A stretch of DNA of 64,000 nucleotides from the NCBI GenBank assembly GCA_035261225.1, contig DATFUB010000016.1, positions 2,233 through 66,232 of the forward strand, read 5' to 3'. The position numbers and the translations under genes were made by a program. Numbering within the stretch: the stretch's first letter is position 1; every line of letters starts with the position of its first letter. This document shows positions 18,143 to 27,626 of the stretch, piece by piece. Origin of the DNA: Sphingomicrobium sp. (lineage in GTDB: Bacteria > Pseudomonadota > Alphaproteobacteria > Sphingomonadales > Sphingomonadaceae). The notes beneath the pieces were generated by a model, which made no database searches, was not told the origin of the DNA, and saw nothing but the letters and a program-made list of their open reading frames with translations.

Positions 18143-19611
18143 TGACGAGTGACTTCCGCATCACTGGCGAGACCGGCGACTGGGAAGTCGTCGTTGGCCT
18201 CGAGGTCCACGCGCAGATCACCGCGACCGCGTCCAAGCTGTTCTCGGGCGCGGCGACCGAATTCGGGGCCGAGCCGAATACCCAGGTTTCGCTGGTCGAT
18301 GCAGCGATGCCGGGCATGCTGCCGGTGCTGAACAAAGAGTGCATCCGCCAGGCGGTGCGCACCGGGATGGCATTGGACGCGGTGATTAACCGGTCGAGCC
18401 GGTTCGACCGCAAGAATTACTTCTACGCCGATCTGCCACAGGGCTATCAGATTTCGCAGCTCTATCACCCGTTGGTCGGCGAGGGCGAAGTCGAGGTGCT
18501 GATCGACGAGAAGGACGAGAGCTCGGCGAAGCGCATCGGCATCGAGCGGATCCACGTCGAGCAGGACGCGGGCAAGCTGATGCATGACCAGCACCCGACG
18601 ATGAGCTACGTCGACCTCAATCGCTGCGGGGTCGCGCTGATGGAGATTGTGTCGCGGCCTGACATGCGTTCGCCCGCCGAGGCAGGCGCTTACCTAAGGA
18701 AGCTGCGGGCGATCCTGCGCTATGTCGGTTCGTGCGACGGCAATATGGAAGAGGGCTCGATGCGCGCCGACGTCAATGTCAGCGTGCGCAAGACCGGCGG
18801 TGAACTCGGCACGCGGACCGAAACCAAGAACGTCAACAGCGTGCGCTTCGTGATGGCGGTGATCGAGCATGAGGCGAAGCGGCAGGTTGAGGTGCTGGAG
18901 GAAGGCGGGTCGATCGTCCAGGAGACGCGGCTCTATGACCCCGACAAGGGTGTGACGCGGTCGCTACGGTCGAAGGAAGACGCGCACGATTACCGCTACT
19001 TCCCCGATCCCGACTTGCTTTCGCTGGAACTCGACGAGTCATTCCTCGACGAGTGCAAGGCGAGCTTGCCCGAGCTGCCCGACGCCAAGCGCAAACGTTA
19101 TGAGGGTCTCGGCATAACGCCTTACAACGCCAGCGTTTTGACGGCCGAGGTCGAGACTGCGCGCTATTTCGATGCACTGCTCGAGGGCGGGGCGGAGCCC
19201 AAGTCGACGGCCAACTGGACCGCGTCGGAGCTGTTCGGCGCCCTGAACCGTATCGGCAAATCGGTCGAAGACAGCCCGGTAGCGCCCACTCAGGCCGCCG
19301 AGTTGCTCGGCCTCGTCGCGGACGGAACTATCAGCGGGACCATCGCCAAGCAGGTGTTCGAGATCATGCTCGAAACCGGCGAGGGCGCGGCCGCGATCGT
19401 CGAGAGCCGCGGGCTTAAGCAGACCAGCGACACCGGCGCGATCGACGCGGCGGTCGACCAGGTGCTCGCCGACAATGCCGACAAGGTCGCGGAATACAAA
19501 GGCGGCAAGGCGGCGCTATTCGGCTTTTTCGTCGGCCAGGTGATGAAAGCGATGGCCGGCAAGGCCAACCCGCAAGTGGTCAACGAGCGGCTTCGGGCGA
19601 AGCTCGGCTAG
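18142..19611 (+). CDS. gatB: Asp/Glu-tRNA amidotransferase subunit B
   Basis: [51 protein letters not shown] and YRYFPDPDL motifs. Confidence 0.98.
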   Translation: MTSDFRITGETGDWEVVVGLEVHAQITATASKLFSGAATEFGAEPNTQVSLVDAAMPGMLPVLNKECIRQAVRTGMALDAVINRSSRFDRKNYFYADLPQGYQISQLYHPLVGEGEVEVLIDEKDESSAKRIGIERIHVEQDAGKLMHDQHPTMSYVDLNRCGVALMEIVSRPDMRSPAEAGAYLRKLRAILRYVGSCDGNMEEGSMRADVNVSVRKTGGELGTRTETKNVNSVRFVMAVIEHEAKRQVEVLEEGGSIVQETRLYDPDKGVTRSLRSKEDAHDYRYFPDPDLLSLELDESFLDECKASLPELPDAKRKRYEGLGITPYNASVLTAEVETARYFDALLEGGAEPKSTANWTASELFGALNRIGKSVEDSPVAPTQAAELLGLVADGTISGTIAKQVFEIMLETGEGAAAIVESRGLKQTSDTGAIDAAVDQVLADNADKVAEYKGGKAALFGFFVGQVMKAMAGKANPQVVNERLRAKLG

Positions 19612-19678
19612 GGTCTTGTTTCCGCCCGATGCCTCGGGCAGGTTCTGATCGCCGAATCAATGGATTTCGCAGGGGGTT

Positions 19679-20254
19679 ATGTTTCAGAAAATGCGATCAG
19701 CAGCCACGCTGGCTGCGCTGGTTGCGTGCGCCCAACTGGCGCATGCAGCCCCGGAAGCAAACGCGCTTTCCATTCCCGATCCAACAAAGGTGGAATTGCC
19801 TGACCTCAGCGGTGCGACCAGTGCGGCTGACGAGGGGGATTTCGACAAATATTTCTATTTTCACCGCGCTAATACGACATTCGAGCAGGCTTTGACCGAT
19901 CTTCGGGAATGCGACGGCTATGCTCGCGGTCTTGCGAGCCCGTTCGGCTACCAGGAAGCGGGCTATCCCTATGCCGGTACAATGGCGGGAGCAGTTGGCG
20001 GCGCGATCGGCAATTTGATGGTCGCGATGATTTTTGGTTCGGCCGAGCTGCGCAAGGCGCGGCGCAGCAACATGCGGCGCTGCATGAACTACAAGGGCTA
20101 TGACCGGTACGGCCTCAACAAGGACGTTTGGCAGCAATTCAATTTCGAAGATGGGCTGAAGTCGGTCAAGGAAGACGACCGCCAGCGAATGTTGGCGGAA
20201 CAGGCAAAAGCCGCCTCGCTGATGGCCCCGGCAGGAAAGGTTCTGGGACGATGA
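19679..20254 (+). CDS. Secreted hypothetical protein with glycine-zipper-like segment
   Basis: Signal peptide, MAGAVGGAIGNLMVAMIFG segment, and a Cys pair (REC / RCM). Confidence 0.75.
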   Translation: MFQKMRSAATLAALVACAQLAHAAPEANALSIPDPTKVELPDLSGATSAADEGDFDKYFYFHRANTTFEQALTDLRECDGYARGLASPFGYQEAGYPYAGTMAGAVGGAIGNLMVAMIFGSAELRKARRSNMRRCMNYKGYDRYGLNKDVWQQFNFEDGLKSVKEDDRQRMLAEQAKAASLMAPAGKVLGR

Positions 20255-21114
20255 GCATGTTGCTGGCGATGGCCCTGGGTCTGGCGGGGCCGACCAAGGA
20301 AGACCGGAAACTGTTGGGGCCGGTCAAGGATACGCCGACCGTCCAACTCGATGCGAACGCGGCCTACATTTTGGTGCGCAGCCCGGCGCCGGTCCCAATC
20401 AATCTGTTCCGCATCGCGACGGCCGAAGAGATTGCAGAGTACAAAGGCCGCCGTTCCACGGCGCTTGCCAAGGCGCGCGTGAAATGGGCGAGCCGGCATG
20501 CCCAGTGGGAGCAGAATCGCGAGAATCTTCGCGCTCAGGGAGTGACCGAGGAGGAACCGGTCGAACCGACCGAGGACAGCTTCGACTTCCCACCGCTCGA
20601 CAAGGAAAATCTCATCGGTTTTGGCCCGCTGTTCCGGTTCGCTAAGGTGTCAGGCGGCAATTCAACCTATCTCCAGCGGGTCTGGCCTGGTCGGTACGTC
20701 GTTTATGGCTCGGTCCTGGTCACGCCGAACGGCGCAACGTCGGGCATGTGCGTGTGCATGGGCACAATTGCTTTCGACGCGAAGCCCGGCGAAATCGTCG
20801 ATATCGGGGCGGTCAAAGCCAGTATGATGGACGGCCTGACCTGGCCGCGCGTGATCGAGAAAGCGGAGCCGGCCGATGTTGAAGGTCTGCGCAGCGGCTC
20901 AATCACGATGATGCGCTGGACGTTGCCTGGTTCGTCGTTGCCGGTCGACCCGCGCTTGAGTGGGTATAAAGTGGTGCCGGCCGAGTTCCGAGCGGCGGGT
21001 CCCGTTCCGAATTACTACGGGGTCCAGGTAGATCGGTTAACGGCGATCCGCGGCATCCTCGCCTACGATCGTGACAAGATTGTCGACGCGGCGGGCGTGC
21101 CCGCGGGACACTGA
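20251..21114 (+). CDS. Secreted hypothetical protein
   Basis: ATGA overlap with the previous gene, a short hydrophobic N-terminus and a beta-rich core (PGRYVVYG, MCVCMGTIAFDAKPGEIVDIG). Confidence 0.72.
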   Translation: MSMLLAMALGLAGPTKEDRKLLGPVKDTPTVQLDANAAYILVRSPAPVPINLFRIATAEEIAEYKGRRSTALAKARVKWASRHAQWEQNRENLRAQGVTEEEPVEPTEDSFDFPPLDKENLIGFGPLFRFAKVSGGNSTYLQRVWPGRYVVYGSVLVTPNGATSGMCVCMGTIAFDAKPGEIVDIGAVKASMMDGLTWPRVIEKAEPADVEGLRSGSITMMRWTLPGSSLPVDPRLSGYKVVPAEFRAAGPVPNYYGVQVDRLTAIRGILAYDRDKIVDAAGVPAGH

Positions 21115-21204
21115 CGATCGCGAGACTCTAACCAATTCATCTTTCGTCTTTGCAATGTCATGTTAGGCGGGCAGGCGATTTTGGATTGGGCGGAGGGTGT
21201 TCGA

Positions 21205-22875
21205 ATGCGTTTTAAACTTCTTGTCGCTGTTGCCGCGCTGGCCGCCTCGGCCGCAGCTTGCGCCCAACCCGCGGCCGCTCCCCAATCGCTTGCTACAGGC
21301 GCGCCCAAGCTGCTTGTCGTTATCTCGGTCGACCAATTCTCCGCCGATTTGTGGGACGAATACCGGCCGCATTTCACCGGCGGCCTTGCCCGTCTCGCGC
21401 AAGGGACGGTGTTCCATAACGGCTATCAAAGCCACGCCGCGACCGAGACCTGTCCCGGCCATTCGACGATCCTCACCGGCGACCATCCGTCGCGCACCGG
21501 GATCATCGCCAATAATTGGACCGATCAGAGCGTCGAGCGATCGGACGTCAGCATTTATTGCGCCGAGGACGAACATGTCTCGGGCAGCTCTTCGTCGAGC
21601 TATAAGGTCTCGCCGGTGCATCTGCTGGTGCCGACTCTCGGCGAATTGCTGAAGCCGGCCCACCCTGGCAGCCGCAACGTCGCGGTCTCGGGCAAGGATC
21701 GCGCCGCGGTGATGATGTCCGGTCACATCGTCGACCAGCGCTGGTACTGGACCGGCAAGCAGTTCGCGACTGACTTGAGGGGCGTCGCGATCCCCCAGGT
21801 CGTGCCTAAAGTGAACGCGGCGATTACAGCCGCGCTGGAGCAGCCGCGTCCGGCCCTCCAGCCAAATCCGTTCTGCCAAGCCAAAGCCCGCGTGATTGCG
21901 ATTGAAGGCGGCGGCAAGCCGGTTGGCGCTGGCACATTTGCCCGCAACGCCGAAGACCAAAGCGCCTTCCGCGCTTCGCCCGAGCTCGATGGCGACACGC
22001 TCGCGCTGGCCGCGGGGCTGGTCGACGAGATGCAGCTCGGCAAGCGTGCCGATCCCGACGTGCTCGCGGTCAGCCTTTCGGCGACCGATTACGTCGGCCA
22101 CACCTACGGCACCGAAGGCGCGGAAATGTGCCTCCAGTTGCTCGAACTCGACCGCGAAATCGGCGATTTCCTCGCGATGCTCGACAGCCGCGGGATCGAT
22201 TATTCGGTCACTTTGACCGCCGACCATGGCGGCAAGGATATTCCCGAGCGTCAGCGGCTCGCCGGGGTTCCCGGCGCGGCGCGGATCGACCCCGGCCTCG
22301 GCGCCGGAACCATGGGCCTGAAGCTGGTCACCAAGCTCGGACTCAAGGGCTTCGGATTGCTCGGGGAGGGGCCTCCGGGCGACGTCTACATCGACCGCAA
22401 CCTGTCGCCGGGTGACAAGAAGCGACTGCTGACCGCCGCCGTCGCCGCCTACAAGGCGCACCCGCAGGTCGACGCCGTGTTTACCGCCGCGCAACTGGCC
22501 GCAACGCCGGTCGCGACCACGCCGCCCGACCAATGGACGTTGATCCAGCGCGCCCGGGCCAGCTTCTACCCCGGCCGTTCGGGCGATTTCGTGGTGCTGC
22601 TCAAAAAGGACATCACGCCGATTTCCGACACTAGCCGCTATGTCGCGACGCATGGCAGCGCATGGGACTACGACCGGCGCGTGCCGATCCTGTTCTGGCG
22701 AAAGGGGATGGCGCAAATGGCAAGCGACGCGCCGATCGAGACGACCGATATCATGCCGACGCTGGCAGCGACGGTCGGTCTGCCGCTTGCGCCCGGATCG
22801 GTCGACGGCAAGTGCCTGCCACAAGTCGCGCAATGCCCGGCTGCGGCCTCGGCCCCCACGGAGCGTGGTTACTAA
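21205..22875 (+). CDS. phoK: PhoK/PafA-type alkaline phosphatase
   Basis: SVDQ, Thr-nucleophile motif TETCPGHSTILTG, GKDRAA, SATDYVGH, TADHG and THGS motifs, plus a signal peptide from ATG 21205. Confidence 0.9.
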   Translation: MRFKLLVAVAALAASAAACAQPAAAPQSLATGAPKLLVVISVDQFSADLWDEYRPHFTGGLARLAQGTVFHNGYQSHAATETCPGHSTILTGDHPSRTGIIANNWTDQSVERSDVSIYCAEDEHVSGSSSSSYKVSPVHLLVPTLGELLKPAHPGSRNVAVSGKDRAAVMMSGHIVDQRWYWTGKQFATDLRGVAIPQVVPKVNAAITAALEQPRPALQPNPFCQAKARVIAIEGGGKPVGAGTFARNAEDQSAFRASPELDGDTLALAAGLVDEMQLGKRADPDVLAVSLSATDYVGHTYGTEGAEMCLQLLELDREIGDFLAMLDSRGIDYSVTLTADHGGKDIPERQRLAGVPGAARIDPGLGAGTMGLKLVTKLGLKGFGLLGEGPPGDVYIDRNLSPGDKKRLLTAAVAAYKAHPQVDAVFTAAQLAATPVATTPPDQWTLIQRARASFYPGRSGDFVVLLKKDITPISDTSRYVATHGSAWDYDRRVPILFWRKGMAQMASDAPIETTDIMPTLAATVGLPLAPGSVDGKCLPQVAQCPAAASAPTERGY

Positions 22876-22975
22876 GCTCTTAAAAATGCGATCTTTTCTT
22901 TAACCCGCTATTCAGGCAAGAAGGGGGAGGAAAGCGTGGGGAGCGCGCGAGCAATCGCGTGCGGAGGGGACGGCG

Positions 22976-23752
22976 ATGAGGAAGTTGGGCCTTGCTTTGG
23001 CGCTGGCAGCGACTCTGCCGATGAGCGCGTGCGTGCAAACGCGACAATTCGCCGACGTCCAATTCACGCCCCCGCAGGGCGATTACAAGCTGCTGGTGCT
23101 GCGCCCCGACGTCTCGGTCGGGTCGCTAACGACGGGCGGCATGGTCGAACCGCGCGCCGACTGGACCGATCAGGCGCGCGCCAACATCATTGCAGCGTTA
23201 CAGACGCAGCCGGGTCAACGTGGCGGCAAGCTCCAGATCCTCGAGCGCCGCAGCCAGCTGACCGGAGTCAGCGAGCAGGAAGTCGCTGATTTCGAGCGCT
23301 TGTTCTACGCGGTCGGCAATTCGATCGTGCTGCACAAATATCTCGGCGACTATCTTCCGACCAAGCGCGGCAAGGGGCTCGAATATACGCTGGGCGAGGA
23401 CGCCGTCCGGCTCGGCCAAAAGACCGGCTATGATTATGCACTGTTCCTCCATGCGGAGGATCAAGTGGCATCGGGCGGCCGGATCGCGCTCGGCGTGCTC
23501 GGCCTTGCCGGTTGTTTCGTCGGCTTTTGCGCGCCCAATGTGGGTGGTGCGTCCCAGCTCGATTATGCCGGGCTGGTCGACCTGAAAACTGGCGAAGTCG
23601 TATGGTTCAACGTCGTCCAGGCCGGCAGCCAGGTCCCGGGAATCGCGTTCGGCGATCTGCGCACGCCGCAGGGCGCAACCCAGATGGTCGACCGGCTGCT
23701 CAACCGGATGAAGCCCGGGCTCGCGGTGCGCCGCGCGGCGGAGAAAAGCTGA
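22976..23752 (+). CDS. Lipoprotein of unknown function
   Basis: Lipobox MSAC, GGGGGAGGA-type RBS region, and TGATG coupling to the next gene. Confidence 0.8.
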   Translation: MRKLGLALALAATLPMSACVQTRQFADVQFTPPQGDYKLLVLRPDVSVGSLTTGGMVEPRADWTDQARANIIAALQTQPGQRGGKLQILERRSQLTGVSEQEVADFERLFYAVGNSIVLHKYLGDYLPTKRGKGLEYTLGEDAVRLGQKTGYDYALFLHAEDQVASGGRIALGVLGLAGCFVGFCAPNVGGASQLDYAGLVDLKTGEVVWFNVVQAGSQVPGIAFGDLRTPQGATQMVDRLLNRMKPGLAVRRAAEKS

Positions 23753-24975
23753 TGTGTGGCCAATGCGTCGCGCTTAGCCGCCGATCGCTATTGGTCGGCG
23801 GAGGAGTCGCCGCGGCATCGTTGACCACCGGCTCGGCTCAGGCCCGCATCCTGCCCAAGGATATGGTGCCCCTGGTTGGCGCCGGCTTCAGGCCGACCGA
23901 CAAGGACGAGCAGGGAATCTGGCAGCTCATGGACCGAGCCGAAGAGGAGATTTCGGGCTCGAACCTGTTGATCCAGGATCCGCAGCTCACTGGCTATTTG
24001 CGCGATCTGATCGGTCACGTCGGCGGGCCGGCGGCCAAGGATTTCCGCATCTATCTCGCGCACGTCCCCGATTTCAACGCGATGATGTTTCCGACCGGAT
24101 TCGCCGTGGTTTTCTCGGGTCTGCTGCTGCGCATGCGCAATGGGGCGCAGCTGGCGGGCGTGATCGCTCACGAATCCGGGCATTTCCTGCGCCGCCACAT
24201 GATCCGCGGCTGGCGCGACCAGAAGCGCAAGACCGACATTTTCGCAGTCGCGGCGATGGCGGCCGGCGTCGGCGGAGCCGCCGGGGGCGTTTATCTCGGC
24301 GACTATGTCCAGCTCGCCCAGCTCGGGACTATCCTGTCGCTGTTCCAGTACAGCCGGCAAATGGAGGCCGAGGCCGACGCCATGGGCGCCAGGCTGATCG
24401 CGCAGGCCGGATATGCGCCGATCGAAATGGCCAACATCTGGCAGCAATTGATCAGCGAGGAGGATGCGAGCGCGCGTTACCGCCGCAAGCGTCGCCGCCG
24501 CGGATCCCTGTTCGATACTCACCCGTCCTCGCAATCGCGGATGGTCGACCTGCGCGCCGACGCCACCGACGTGACCGAGCCGGGCCGGCAATATGAGATT
24601 GGCCGGGAACGCTATCTGGCGACGATCGCCCCGATCCGGCCAATGCTGCTCGACGACCAGGTCAAGCTCAACGACCCGGGCGCGAGCCAGTATCTGATCG
24701 AGACCCTGGCGAGCGACGGCTGGAGCGGCTTGCTGCGCTTTTACGAGGGCGAGGTCTGGCGGTTGCGCAACCGGCGCGGCGACGACGTTCGCGCGGCGCA
24801 GGGCTATGCCGCCGCGGTCGCTTATCCCGACGCCCCGGCGGACGCCTGGCGGTGGCATGGCATTTCGCTGATGAAGGCCGGCCGGACCGCCGAGGCCAAG
24901 ACTGCCTTCACGCGCTATCTGACGATCAAGCCGGACGCTTCGGACGCCGCCTGGGTTCGGCAGACCATCGGCTGA
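23752..24975 (+). CDS. Tat-exported M48-family zinc metalloprotease with C-terminal TPR-like helices
   Basis: Twin-arginine SRRSLL, FNAMM, AQLAGVIAHESGH (HExxH), YSRQMEAEAD and THP motifs. Confidence 0.9.
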   Translation: MCGQCVALSRRSLLVGGGVAAASLTTGSAQARILPKDMVPLVGAGFRPTDKDEQGIWQLMDRAEEEISGSNLLIQDPQLTGYLRDLIGHVGGPAAKDFRIYLAHVPDFNAMMFPTGFAVVFSGLLLRMRNGAQLAGVIAHESGHFLRRHMIRGWRDQKRKTDIFAVAAMAAGVGGAAGGVYLGDYVQLAQLGTILSLFQYSRQMEAEADAMGARLIAQAGYAPIEMANIWQQLISEEDASARYRRKRRRRGSLFDTHPSSQSRMVDLRADATDVTEPGRQYEIGRERYLATIAPIRPMLLDDQVKLNDPGASQYLIETLASDGWSGLLRFYEGEVWRLRNRRGDDVRAAQGYAAAVAYPDAPADAWRWHGISLMKAGRTAEAKTAFTRYLTIKPDASDAAWVRQTIG

Positions 24976-24985
24976 AGGGAACAGC

Positions 24986-25618
24986 ATGAACCTATACCTC
25001 GTAAGGCTCGCCATTCTGGCTCTTGGCCCGGTTGGCCTGTCGGCCTGCTCGAGCCTCGGCGCCGGCGAATATGGCTACAGCAGTTATGCGCTGGTCCAAG
25101 TTCGCCGGGTCGGGGTCGGCGACAATAGCTTGACCGTGGTCGCGCCGCGGCCCTGGAATCGTCACCGCTCGATCCTCTGGTCGGATGTTGGCGACGTCGA
25201 GGACTGGACCCTCAACGGACCCTATCTCGACGGGATCAGCTTCGTCAGCGGATTGAAGAGCGGCCGCTATTTGATTCGCCAGAGCAAGCGCGCCGACCAG
25301 CAGGTCCCCAAATTCCGCTCGGACATGACCCCGCCGGAAATCGTGGCGATGCTCGAGACGCTTTATCGGGTGAAGGGTGGGGCGGTCGATTTCCGGACAT
25401 TGTCGCTACAGCCGCGGCCGTTTCTCGGCGCCAATGGCTTCCAGCTCGATTATGAGCATCTCGACAGCGACGAATTGTGGCGCAAGGGCCGCGCCGTCGG
25501 GGCGGTGATCAACGGTCAGCTCTATCTGATCCTCTACGACGCGGCGCGCTCGCATTATTACGCCGCGGCCTTGCCTGATTTCGAATCGATCGTCGGCTCG
25601 GCACAGCTGCGGCGCTAG
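24986..25618 (+). CDS. Lipoprotein of unknown function
   Basis: Lipobox LSAC; begins 10 nt after the M48 gene and has a GAAGGGA RBS. Confidence 0.8.
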   Translation: MNLYLVRLAILALGPVGLSACSSLGAGEYGYSSYALVQVRRVGVGDNSLTVVAPRPWNRHRSILWSDVGDVEDWTLNGPYLDGISFVSGLKSGRYLIRQSKRADQQVPKFRSDMTPPEIVAMLETLYRVKGGAVDFRTLSLQPRPFLGANGFQLDYEHLDSDELWRKGRAVGAVINGQLYLILYDAARSHYYAAALPDFESIVGSAQLRR

Positions 25619-25794
25619 CCCACCGGGGAAACCGGTCCCGTTGGCGGGGTCGTTCCCGGGGTCGTCGGGCTCGGGACGTCGATGTCCGGTGAATGAGTCG
25701 GCTGTTCGGGCGGCGGTTCGGTGGGCTGGCCGGGTTGGCTTGGATGAACGGGGGTTTCGGGCGGCGTTTCGGGGATTGGGGGTTGCTGTTGCAC
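25615..25794 (-). CDS. Small Pro/Thr-rich disordered protein, 59 aa
   Basis: GTG 25794 follows GGAG. Translates as MQQQPPIPETPPETPVHPSQPGQPTEPPPEQPTHSPDIDVPSPTTPGTTPPTGPVSPVG. Confidence 0.65.
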   Translation of the reverse strand: MQQQPPIPETPPETPVHPSQPGQPTEPPPEQPTHSPDIDVPSPTTPGTTPPTGPVSPVG

Positions 25795-25816
25795 GGCTGA
25801 ATCTCCTTGCCCGCTC

Positions 25817-25842
25817 AACGAACGGCGGTCGCCGCGGGTTGC
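25817..25842 (-). promoter_or_regulatory. EcfG (sigmaT) general-stress-type promoter for the Pro-rich ORF
   Basis: The minus strand reads GCAAC-N17-CGTT (consensus GGAAC-N16/17-CGTT), ending 22 nt before the GTG. Confidence 0.6.
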
Positions 25843-25885
25843 CCGCCGCGCCATCCTTGCTATAGGCCCGCACCTCTTGGGCCGC

Positions 25886-25970
<85 letters not shown>

Positions 25971-26048
25971 TCGCAACGCGCAGCTCGCCCGCTGGACAAG
26001 CTAGCATTGCGATCAGTGCGGCCGATCAATTGTTGGGATTTTGAGCAC

Positions 26049-27626
26049 GTGACCATCAAGACCGTCGAGACCGAACATGAGGGCCTGAAGCGCGCCTTCA
26101 TGTTGACCATCCCCGCCAAGGACATCGAAGCGCGGGTCGATCAGGAAGTGAAGCGGCTGGCGCCGCAGGTGCGCATGCCGGGCTTCCGGCCGGGCAAGGT
26201 GCCGCCGAATCTCATCCGCAAGATGCACGGCGATGCGCTTCAGCGCGATGCGCTGCAGGGCGCGGTCCAGGACGGCGTTCAGCAATTGCTCGAAGAGCAG
26301 AAGGTCCGCCCGGCGCTCCAGCCGCAGGTCGAGCTCGACGAACGGTACGAGCCCGGCAAGGACGCCGAAGTGCGCGTCCGGCTCGAGGCGTTGCCCGACG
26401 TGCCCGCGCCGAACATCGCTGGCCTGGCTCTCGACCGGCTGACCGTCGAGGTCGACGAAGCCGCAGTCGACGCGCAGCTTCAGCAGCTCGCGGCTTCGGC
26501 ACAGAATTGGGTCGATGCGCCCAAGGGCCATAAGGCCAAGACCGGCGATCTCGTCACGATCGACTTCGACGGGTCGGTCGATGGCCGGCCGTTCGACGGT
26601 GGCAAGGGCGAAGACATGGCGGTGCAGCTCGGCGCGGGCCAGCTGATCCCCGGCTTCGAGGACCAGCTGATCGGTGCTAAAACCGGCGACAAGCGCGAGG
26701 TCAATGTCACCTTCCCCGACGACTACCCGTCCGAAGCGGTCAAGGGGAAGCCGGCAACCTTCGCGATCGCGGTGAAGGACGTAAAAACGTCCGGCGAGAC
26801 CAAGGTCGACGAGGAATTCGCCAAGGCGCTCGGTCTTCAGAGCCTTGAGCAATTGCGCGGCTTGGTCCGCGATCAGCAGAGCCAGGACCTCAACGGGCTG
26901 ACGCGCACCCACATGAAGCGCCAGTTGCTCGACCAACTCGCCGCGCGCCACGACTTCCCGGTGCCTGAATCGATGGTCGAGGCGGAATTTCAGAACATCA
27001 TGAACCAGCTGCGCCACGAGGCGAGCCACGAAGAGGATTCCAAGGCCGCACTCGAGGAAGTGGAGCGCGACGGGCCTGAATATCGGCACATCGCCGAGCG
27101 CCGGGTTCGCCTTGGCTTGCTGCTATCCGAGATCGGCGCCGCCAACGGGGTCGAAGTGACCGAGCAGGAAATGCGCAACCTGGTCGCTCAGGCCGCGTCG
27201 CAATATCAGGGCAAGGACCGCGACGCGTTCCTCCGTTACATCCAGCAAGAGCCGATGGCGGCCGCCCAGCTGCGCGCGCCGCTGTACGAAGACAAGGTCG
27301 TCGATTTCCTCTTCTCCAAGGCCGAGATTTCCGACCAGACGGCGACGCGCGCCCAGCTTGAAGCCGACCTCGAGAGCGAAGAAGGTCACGTCCACGGACC
27401 GGGTTGTGGCCACGATGTCCCGGCCGCCAAGAAGAAACCCGCCGCGAAGAAGGGCAAGGCGCAATCCGCCAAGGTCGCGGAGGCCGCCGCCGAAGTCGCG
27501 CCAAAGGCCGAAGCGCCAGCCAAGGGAGCAGTCAAAAAGGCTGCCCCCAAGCCGAAGGCGGCTAAGCCGGTCAAGGGCGCCGCTCCGGCCAAGTCGGCTG
27601 CGAAGAAGGCGCCCAAGAAGGCTTGA
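26049..27626 (+). CDS. tig: Trigger factor with HVHGPGCGH motif and Lys/Ala-rich tail
   Basis: Ribosome-binding motif PGFRPGKVP, FKBP domain (IDFDG, GQLIPGFEDQL), and position directly after tRNA-Leu. GTG 26049. Confidence 0.97.
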   Translation: MTIKTVETEHEGLKRAFMLTIPAKDIEARVDQEVKRLAPQVRMPGFRPGKVPPNLIRKMHGDALQRDALQGAVQDGVQQLLEEQKVRPALQPQVELDERYEPGKDAEVRVRLEALPDVPAPNIAGLALDRLTVEVDEAAVDAQLQQLAASAQNWVDAPKGHKAKTGDLVTIDFDGSVDGRPFDGGKGEDMAVQLGAGQLIPGFEDQLIGAKTGDKREVNVTFPDDYPSEAVKGKPATFAIAVKDVKTSGETKVDEEFAKALGLQSLEQLRGLVRDQQSQDLNGLTRTHMKRQLLDQLAARHDFPVPESMVEAEFQNIMNQLRHEASHEEDSKAALEEVERDGPEYRHIAERRVRLGLLLSEIGAANGVEVTEQEMRNLVAQAASQYQGKDRDAFLRYIQQEPMAAAQLRAPLYEDKVVDFLFSKAEISDQTATRAQLEADLESEEGHVHGPGCGHDVPAAKKKPAAKKGKAQSAKVAEAAAEVAPKAEAPAKGAVKKAAPKPKAAKPVKGAAPAKSAAKKAPKKA

